This document shows, in pieces, positions 58,414 through 64,000 of a stretch of DNA of 64,000 nt; positions within the stretch are counted from its first letter, which is position 1, and each line of letters begins with the position of its first letter. A program made the position numbers and the translations under genes. This DNA is from a virus: IMG/VR virus record IMGVR_UViG_3300008448_000049, positions 1 to 64,000 of that record. One strand, given 5' to 3'. Below the pieces are notes generated by a model, which was given only the letters and a program-made list of their open reading frames with translations, ran no database searches and was not told the origin of the DNA.

Positions 58414-58962
58414 CTATGATTGTTTAATGATTTCATTTAACCACGGCTTTTGACTTACTGGTCTCTTTAACATAATTGCTGCTAAATCTCTAATAGTTAA
58501 TTGATCTAATGGCAAGTCTGTATTAGCATCTACTAATTCAAATTCCATTTGTTCAATTGGTTCTACTACAGGAGCTGATGTTTCATTCTCCGGAGCTTTA
58601 ACATAAGTTAATTCCTCTGTTGGAACAAGATATCTGATATGACCAGTAACCGGATGAGGTTCCGTCTTATCATATTCTTCTTCAAAGTGAGGATTAAAAC
58701 GCCATTTGTATAAGCGTCTTTCAGGATCTTCAGGTACTAATTCTTTACTAGTGAATTCTACGTATACGTCTTCACCCTTGTTAATCTCACTTGCAAAAAA
58801 TGCAATGTGCTGTTCTGTTTTTCCATATGGTCTATATGCCATCTTAGGAATAAACAAAGCGTCTGATACACCTATAGCATCAAGAGTTTTTTGATGATAC
58901 TCTCTCAACTTTTTAAGTCTATCACGCTTGTCTTCTGGTTTGTCTGTTGTTGATATGCTCAT
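58414..58962 (-). CDS. Hypothetical protein
   Basis: 182-aa ORF coupled to dnaB; C-terminal LTIRDLAAI...PVS.KPWLN. Confidence 0.65.
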   Translation of the reverse strand: MSISTTDKPEDKRDRLKKLREYHQKTLDAIGVSDALFIPKMAYRPYGKTEQHIAFFASEINKGEDVYVEFTSKELVPEDPERRLYKWRFNPHFEEEYDKTEPHPVTGHIRYLVPTEELTYVKAPENETSAPVVEPIEQMEFELVDANTDLPLDQLTIRDLAAIMLKRPVSQKPWLNEIIKQS

Positions 58963-59954
58963 GTCTTTAATCTTCTTTCTTGTGTTGGCGGCGTATCCAT
59001 TTCCACAATCTGCATCTTACCAAATTCAGTTTTAAAGAAACTCATTCTTGTGTCTCCATTTCTGCACTTAAGAAAATGCATAACCATTATATCTTTTTCA
59101 GCTATGATGTACCTATCAGGTCCATAATATCTAATGTTTTGTTTACCGGGTTTGTTAATCCCAATAAGTAAATCAGCATGTTGTAGTAACGCGTCTGCTC
59201 CAAATAGATCTGATTCTAGTACGTAGTTTCCATACTTACCATCTTCAGCTCTTTCAGGATTATCAATGTTCCTATTCAACTGGCTTAGTATGATAAAAGC
59301 AATTGGGTATTTTCTCTTTAAATAAGTAAGAGCTTCACCTAATGAGTTTAACATATCATGCTTATCTTTTTCATAAGCAGCTTTCTTCAGCAGAAGACTA
59401 TGGTCTAGTGTAATAATGGTTTTAGTATACACTTTCTTTTCATCTTCTCCTATTGTGGAATACTCTTCCATGTATGCGGCGATGATGTCTTTAAACTCAC
59501 CAACCGTACAAGGTTCTTCTACAATGTCTATAGGGTATGTCACCCTAACTTTTGCATAATTGTAACATGCAACAAGCTCTTCATTTGTTAATTTACCATC
59601 CGCGCTACACAAGTGTTTGTAAGTCTTACCAAGTAGACTTGAGTACTCTCTGATAGCTGATGTTCTAGCTAGCATCTCGAGCTGAAACTCTAATACCCTA
59701 AACTTCTGACCGGTGTTTAGTTTAAAAGCTTCACGTACAATCTGATCTTTAATCAAAGTCTTACCACTTGCAGGCCTTCCTCCAATTACAGTAGTGGAAT
59801 GCCATTCTAGCCCGTCAGTACCAGCATCATTAAACTTGGGCCAAGGAGTTTGAATACTCTTTATCTCCCCTTTCATTCTTCCTTGCAAGTAATGCAAAGA
59901 TTCCTGAAATCCGTGACGCTGGTCTTTCCAAGCTTTATTCTTTTTTAGATTCAT
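58959..59954 (-). CDS. dnaB: DnaB-like replicative helicase (C-terminal ATPase domain only)
   Basis: GGRPASGKT, FQLEM, LDH, LSQLNR, SDLFGAD...Q.AD, KCRNG. Confidence 0.85.
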   Translation of the reverse strand: MNLKKNKAWKDQRHGFQESLHYLQGRMKGEIKSIQTPWPKFNDAGTDGLEWHSTTVIGGRPASGKTLIKDQIVREAFKLNTGQKFRVLEFQLEMLARTSAIREYSSLLGKTYKHLCSADGKLTNEELVACYNYAKVRVTYPIDIVEEPCTVGEFKDIIAAYMEEYSTIGEDEKKVYTKTIITLDHSLLLKKAAYEKDKHDMLNSLGEALTYLKRKYPIAFIILSQLNRNIDNPERAEDGKYGNYVLESDLFGADALLQHADLLIGINKPGKQNIRYYGPDRYIIAEKDIMVMHFLKCRNGDTRMSFFKTEFGKMQIVEMDTPPTQERRLKT

Positions 59955-59959
59955 TGGTA

Positions 59960-60040
59960 TAATTAAGGGGATAGCTTTCCCTGGTTGTTTCCAACCTTCA
60001 AATTACTGTATTTGAATTGAGGGGGATGCTTGACTTCCTT
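59960..60040 (-). other. Structured 5' leader of dnaB (candidate cis-regulatory RNA)
   Basis: Adjacent hairpins UUCAAAU/AUUUGAA and GGUUG-GAAA-CAACC, enclosed by CCCU/AGGG and AGC/GCU. Confidence 0.45.
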
Positions 60041-60044
60041 GTTA

Positions 60045-60076
60045 CAAATATAATATATCTGTAGTAAAAAAGCAAA
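60045..60076 (-). promoter_or_regulatory. Bacteroidota-type promoter upstream of dnaB
   Basis: TTTG (60076-60073)-N20-TATATTTG (60052-60045), matching the -33/-7 consensus exactly. Confidence 0.75.
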
Positions 60077-60077
60077 C

Positions 60078-60701
60078 TCAAATAACCTTTTCTGAAAAAT
60101 ATTTCTGATCATTATCAGTAGATCCATTCTCCGCTTGAGCGCACCAATTAGCTAGTTCAGAAGCCCAGCTTTTATCAGGATTCTGTTTCCGGATAAAGTA
60201 TTGGGATGTCTGCATATACTTGTAGTTGGCCCGTTCATACTCATCAACATACATTTTAGTAGCGTTGAGTATTATAGTCCAGTCATAAGAATAAGTTTGT
60301 ATAAACCATCTCAGTGCCATCTCAATATTCTTCTTATCAGATCTTGCAAACTTACCGCTAGGCAATTTCATTTTAGGGAATATATCAAGAAATTCTAGCA
60401 CTTTGCTGGCATAGTCCTGACCCATGATCTGGTTATTAGTTTTCTTCTTAGTTATACTGAATAAAGCTTCTAACTGATTAACAAATGTGATAGCTTCAAC
60501 ACTAAGCTTATAGTTTACTTTATGTTCATCTTCTGTTATCCAACCATCTGTAACCAAACTTCTCAATTCTTGATGGACATTAATAAACTTAGATGCTTCA
60601 TTCTCTTTTAGACAACACAGTAAATAAAACTGATTAGGGGAGAGTTCTTTTTCACGGATGAGATGAAACATCTCCATCATTTCTAAACTTTTTTTTACCA
60701 T
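60078..60701 (-). CDS. Hypothetical replication-associated protein (possible wHTH N-terminus)
   Basis: 207 aa, upstream of dnaB; F..IFPK..., YM.TS.YFI.K. The function is inferred from context only. Confidence 0.5.
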   Translation of the reverse strand: MVKKSLEMMEMFHLIREKELSPNQFYLLCCLKENEASKFINVHQELRSLVTDGWITEDEHKVNYKLSVEAITFVNQLEALFSITKKKTNNQIMGQDYASKVLEFLDIFPKMKLPSGKFARSDKKNIEMALRWFIQTYSYDWTIILNATKMYVDEYERANYKYMQTSQYFIRKQNPDKSWASELANWCAQAENGSTDNDQKYFSEKVI

Positions 60702-62214
60702 ACTATGTCATAATTAAATTGTTTTTTAACTGTCTTTGATATGTTGTTGAACATGTCATTTGAATCCCACTTTTCAAGTTTGTTATGGATGGCTGATGCC
60801 GGATGACTAACCACAATCTTGTAGTTATTATCAGGGATTGACTCTGCCCATTCCTCCGCTTTCTTACCTAAGAATACATACACGGTACCTGGATTGTTAT
60901 ACATAAGTATATCAAACAAGAATGCTATGAAGGGTTGCCAGAGTTTATAGTGCTGACCTACCTTATTAATTGTTGTAGTAAGAGCTGTGTTAAGCATTAG
61001 TATACCTTGATTAGACCATCTCTTTAGATCTGGATCTCGCGTAAATCCATTAGTGTAATGAGTATCTTCCAGTTCATTATACATAAACTTCAAGGAAGCC
61101 TCAATTTTTTGAGCATTACTACATGAAAAGGCTATACCGTCTGCTACACCTATGTATGGGTACGGCTGTACCACATTTGTCTCATGTTTCCATGAGGATC
61201 GGACTATATCATCACTTATTTTTATTATAAGTGGAGGATGCTATGGGCTCACCGTAGTGTCCCTAGTCTCTGAACCTGCTTGAGTCTTCCCTCAAGATCG
61301 GCTGCTGATTGGCTTATCTTCACAGACTTAGCTTTCCAGCAATTCTTCCTCTTTATTCAGGACCCGTTTAAGATTATTAATAAGTAATTCTAGCTCTTCT
61401 AAAGTAAGATTGTTTTTAGCACAATTTGCTTTATGAGATATAACTTGTACATTACCTTTAATATACCCTTTTTCACAAATAATTCGGTCTATAGTAGGAC
61501 TATTTGGTCCTACTTTATCTTTTGTTACATGAAGAGGTATATTTAATAAAGGGCACATTTTAGGTACAATTACATCATCATATGTAATATTAAAATCCAA
61601 GTTTGCTTTTTTAGCTCTACGGCGAGCATGAATTAACATAACTTTTCTAGGATCTTTTTTATGTTGTTTTCTTCTAGCTTCAGGACTACAGTATTCAGCT
61701 GTATTCACTGTAGCAAGAGAACATTTTTTACAGTCACTTCTGTAGTAAAGAGTTGGAACTTTTTTACCTGAATCTTTTGTTGTAGGACTAGGCATTCTTA
61801 CTCTTGAACTAAATAGTGATATATCTAACCAACATTTACATTTTTTACATAATCTGGTGTTATTATCAGAGTTGTAATTTTTTAAAGGAGCTATTCTTTC
61901 ATGTACCATATACGATGTATTTATTGTCTAAGGTACTACTTATTTATTAATAATCCAAATACTTGTTAATCCTGACCAATCATCACAACCTTCAATTGAT
62001 CATAAGGACATTCTTCAAAAGCCCTGAATACTTGCTTTAAAGGTGGTGTGAATCTGTTGTTCTGTTGGGCTTCTTTGAGTAGTTGTTTTAGGATCTTATC
62101 AAAGTCTTCACTCATGATAAATGTTTTAAGTTTATCTCCCCATCCTGAAGGTTTAAGTTTCTCATAAAGTTTTAACTTTACATCATCTAAATTTATAGTG
62201 TTTAAGACTGTCAT
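60695..62214 (-). CDS. ung: Uracil-DNA glycosylase (family 1) split by a group I intron (exons 62214-61969 and 61165-60695; 238 aa spliced)
   Basis: Splicing restores the catalytic KVVMIGQD|PYP; also VFRAF, ADGIAFS, QGILMLNTALT, SHPAS. Confidence 0.92.
61328..61909 (-). CDS. Intron-encoded HNH/His-Me-finger homing endonuclease
   Basis: CKKC...CKKC, CPLL, SPTIDRI...GYIKGNVQVIS..AN..KN; the stop codon lies in the intron P element. Confidence 0.82.
   Translation of the reverse strand: MVHERIAPLKNYNSDNNTRLCKKCKCWLDISLFSSRVRMPSPTTKDSGKKVPTLYYRSDCKKCSLATVNTAEYCSPEARRKQHKKDPRKVMLIHARRRAKKANLDFNITYDDVIVPKMCPLLNIPLHVTKDKVGPNSPTIDRIICEKGYIKGNVQVISHKANCAKNNLTLEELELLINNLKRVLNKEEELLES
61928..61959 (-). 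promoter_or_regulatory. Near-consensus Bacteroidota promoter inside the ung intron 5' end
   Basis: TTTG (61959-61956)-N20-TACCTTAG (61935-61928), one mismatch to TAnnTTTG. Confidence 0.55.
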
Positions 62215-62250
62215 AAATTTTTAAAGTTTAAATTTTTAATTGTATATTTG
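62214..62250 (+). promoter_or_regulatory. Candidate promoter: TAAAT-N7-GTTTA plus TATATTTG (-7 box)
   Basis: Near-palindrome at 62214-62230, then TATATTTG 62243-62250 ending 4 nt before ATG 62255. Confidence 0.6.
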
Positions 62251-62254
62251 AGTC

Positions 62255-62584
62255 ATGGAAAATAATCAACAACCTTCTGACAAAAATACAAGTGTGGTTT
62301 ATATACCACAAGATGCCATCATCAATGTGGAAATCTCCGGTAATTTTCTGGGTAAATGTCAATCTTTATTAGTAGGTGCTTGTACTAGTATTGGTAATGA
62401 CAAAGTAAAAGAGGCCTATGAAAAGTTTAAAGATGACAAAGAACCAGAAAATTTAGAAGAACATGTGATATTTATCATGACTTCTCTTGTACATGCTATT
62501 GAAACAGCAGCAAAAGAACAGTCAAAGACTGAAATAAAAGTCTTTACTGAAGATGAGATTAATCAGTTAAAAAAGAACAGCTAA
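62255..62584 (+). CDS. Hypothetical protein; the only + strand gene in the - strand arm
   Basis: 109-aa ORF filling the gap between ung and the NinB-like gene, with its own promoter-like element. Confidence 0.7.
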   Translation: MENNQQPSDKNTSVVYIPQDAIINVEISGNFLGKCQSLLVGACTSIGNDKVKEAYEKFKDDKEPENLEEHVIFIMTSLVHAIETAAKEQSKTEIKVFTEDEINQLKKNS

Positions 62585-62985
62585 CGGAAGTTAATCCCTA
62601 CAGTATCACCTACTTGTATAATTGACTCAATTACCATCCCTAAATCTTCTTTGGAAGCATCTGCTAGAGATTTGCAGAATAGAACTTTTTCTCCTGCATG
62701 ATCTGTTATAAAACACATACCAGACATCTTTAATACTTCAAGTTTCATATCTTCAAACGTGTATCCAAGTTCTTTTGCAAGAACTCTGATATTAACGTGC
62801 ACCTTTGCCAATTGTGCAAGAGTTCCGTCATCTTTATTAGCTTCTAAAAAGATATCTATGGTTTGACCCACTTCAATATGCTTGACAAACTCTTCATACT
62901 TTGTTTTACTTGTAGCCACAGGCACTAGCTTGTTTTCTGCAGTTTTTGTAAACTTGCCATGAAATATGTTATGCTTTTGTGCCAT
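62581..62985 (-). CDS. NinB/Orf-like recombination protein
   Basis: T.AQ...H...R.LA...G....DMK and KS.A.ASKEDL...IE pattern. Confidence 0.5.
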   Translation of the reverse strand: MAQKHNIFHGKFTKTAENKLVPVATSKTKYEEFVKHIEVGQTIDIFLEANKDDGTLAQLAKVHVNIRVLAKELGYTFEDMKLEVLKMSGMCFITDHAGEKVLFCKSLADASKEDLGMVIESIIQVGDTVGINFR

Positions 62986-63109
62986 TCTTTCCGTATGCTT
63001 TTTTCCAAACAGCTTTAGCTTCTTTTAACTCAACTCTTTCTTGAGGAGTCTTTTTAAACTTTTCAGATTTAAGTCTGTTAATCTCTTTTTTTTGTTCTTC
63101 AGTTGTCAT
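62969..63109 (-). CDS. Small basic hypothetical protein (46 aa, MTTEEQKKEINRLK...), absent from the ORF track
   Basis: Starts 1 nt after the clpS stop and fills the gap. Confidence 0.55.
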   Translation of the reverse strand: MTTEEQKKEINRLKSEKFKKTPQERVELKEAKAVWKKAYGKNGTKA

Positions 63110-63110
63110 G

Positions 63111-63389
63111 TTATTCTATTTTTGCGGTTAAATTATTTTCACACAGCGCCTCCTTGATGGGCTTGAGTGTTTTCATATCTCCTTCTTTTACGGAGCACTT
63201 ACCATTGTTGTGTATAATCAGAGCACATTGTTCAGCTTGAGACGGTTGATGACTGCAGTATTTTGTAAAGCAGTATATAACATGTTCAAACGTGTTGTGA
63301 TCATCATTGTATACAACAATGCTTTTTGATTTTGCTACTTGTTCTTCAACAAGCACGTCTTCTTCATCTATAAACGGATCAAATGTCAT
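63111..63389 (-). CDS. clpS: ATP-dependent Clp protease adaptor ClpS
   Basis: IVVYNDDHNTFEHVI, QAEQCALIIHNNGKCSVK, LTAKIE. Confidence 0.9.
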   Translation of the reverse strand: MTFDPFIDEEDVLVEEQVAKSKSIVVYNDDHNTFEHVIYCFTKYCSHQPSQAEQCALIIHNNGKCSVKEGDMKTLKPIKEALCENNLTAKIE

Positions 63390-63642
63390 CTGATTTATTT
63401 AAAATGTTAAGCATCTTGTTTCTTTCAGCTATAGCTTCTAGCTTAGGCTTGTCTAGTTCTATAATAGATTCACCTCCGATTTCTAAATCAGATTCAATCT
63501 CATCATATAACTTAATAACCTCATCTAACTTTCTTGCTAAGCCTTTTGTTACGTCTTGTTCTCTAAGAATAGACTGTATGTATTTTACGGCTTCCTTAGT
63601 CTTCACTAGGTCCTTTAGGTTGATCTCCATTGTCTGTTTCAA
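63379..63642 (-). CDS. Hypothetical protein
   Basis: 87-aa ORF co-oriented with the operon (start possibly at the internal ATG, MEINL). Confidence 0.55.
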   Translation of the reverse strand: MKQTMEINLKDLVKTKEAVKYIQSILREQDVTKGLARKLDEVIKLYDEIESDLEIGGESIIELDKPKLEAIAERNKMLNILNKSDDI

Positions 63643-63841
63643 ATAATTTGTTAAACATTGTGTGATTCCAGCATAGTTTTATCTGGCTGCTGTTATAGTG
63701 CTTTATCTCCCGTGTCTTCTCATTGCCGACAACCCAGATTGTATTCTCATGTGGACCATAGTCCATTAAGAATAATACTACACCATCTCCGTGAGGTGTC
63801 TCCACCCATAGCACTTGTTGTAATTCATGTATTACCGTCAT
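63596..63841 (-). CDS. Hypothetical protein
   Basis: 81 aa; WVETPHGDG...MDYG...NTIWVV; ATGA-coupled to the upstream gene. Confidence 0.6.
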   Translation of the reverse strand: MTVIHELQQVLWVETPHGDGVVLFLMDYGPHENTIWVVGNEKTREIKHYNSSQIKLCWNHTMFNKLFETDNGDQPKGPSED

Positions 63842-63999
63842 TCTAATGCTTTGGCTTTAAAGTTATTAATATATTCTTTCATCTCCTCAAGATACTTATA
63901 GGTAGAGGTATCTTCAATCTCTCCAGTCACCAGCCCGCTACCAACAAGTTTCTTGTGTATTTCTTTATACTGTTTTACCATAAGCTTAACAGTAATCAG
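63838..63999 (-). CDS. Partial hypothetical protein running off the window
   Basis: Open frame LITVKLMVKQYKE...KAKALE* ending in an ATGA overlap. Confidence 0.5.
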   Translation of the reverse strand: MITVKLMVKQYKEIHKKLVGSGLVTGEIEDTSTYKYLEEMKEYINNFKAKALE

Positions 64000-64000
64000 A

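Larger units (their letters stand above)
61166..61968 (-). mobile_element. Group I intron in ung (803 nt)
   Basis: P AAUUGCUGGAAA, Q AAUCAGCAGCC, R GUUCAGAGACUA, S GAUAUAGUCC. P8 CACUUAU/AUAAGUG, P9 CUCAUG-GAAA-CAUGAG. The 5' exon ends in U (GAU) and the intron ends in G (CAG|CCG). Confidence 0.92.

Noticed and set aside
47534-59976. Similar strings TAAGGGGA..AGCT in two intergenic regions (47534-47548 on -, 59964-59976 on +)
   Set aside because: Short, gapped, in opposite orientation relative to transcription, and only two copies
51313-62214. MoxR and ung halves as pseudogenes or independent genes
   Set aside because: Complete group I cores and U|...G| junctions restore both reading frames and conserved motifs
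42207-63846. Short + strand ORFs over the - strand operon (e.g. 55917..56153, 63383..63646)
   Set aside because: Antisense to better-supported genes; the 55904-56044 gap is better explained by a - strand ORF with ATGA overlaps
1-64000. Stop-codon reassignment (TAG or TGA), known in some crAss-like phages
   Set aside because: ORFs up to 4641 aa are open in the standard code, coding density is near complete, and TGA/TAG act as stops at gene junctions (ATGA overlaps; TAG at 58414 and 62581)
1-64000. tRNA, rRNA or diversity-generating retroelement components
   Set aside because: No cloverleaf-like intergenic sequence, reverse transcriptase or TR/VR pair recognised; intergenic gaps are mostly under 125 nt

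Overview
This AT-rich window is part of a crAss-like (Crassvirales / phi14:2-related) phage genome. The host is probably a Bacteroidota member, based on several TTTG-N20-TAnnTTTG promoters and Bacteroidota-type ClpS and L,D-transpeptidase genes. Two convergent arms meet at a hairpin terminator near 42.1 kb. The + strand arm (1-42084) encodes a 5'-truncated tail muzzle/stabilisation protein, three low-complexity virion proteins with recurrent xxxGG motifs, a 996-aa protein and three giant zincin-containing ejection proteins. The middle giant protein (4641 aa) is the virion RNA polymerase (DFDID), fused to a SF1B helicase, a P-loop kinase and further modules. The - strand arm carries replication and nucleotide genes: PolB, primase, DnaB, RecT, PD-(D/E)XK exonuclease, UDG, dNMP kinase and a MazG-like enzyme. 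It also carries a MoxR/vWA pair, ClpS and an L,D-transpeptidase lipoprotein. Two group I introns with homing endonucleases split the MoxR and UDG genes, and their splice sites can be placed at base level. Most striking observations: (i) the three giant ejection proteins have only four Cys in about 8400 residues, all at the termini facing the neighbouring protein, suggesting a head-to-tail disulfide-linked cargo chain; (ii) about 20 xxxGG motifs suggest polyprotein-like processing; (iii) a palindrome TAAAY-N7-GTTTA precedes three + strand genes; (iv) each intron carries a host-type promoter at its 5' end; (v) a three-member paralogue family surrounds MoxR-vWA. All assignments are by eye; no database searches were run.
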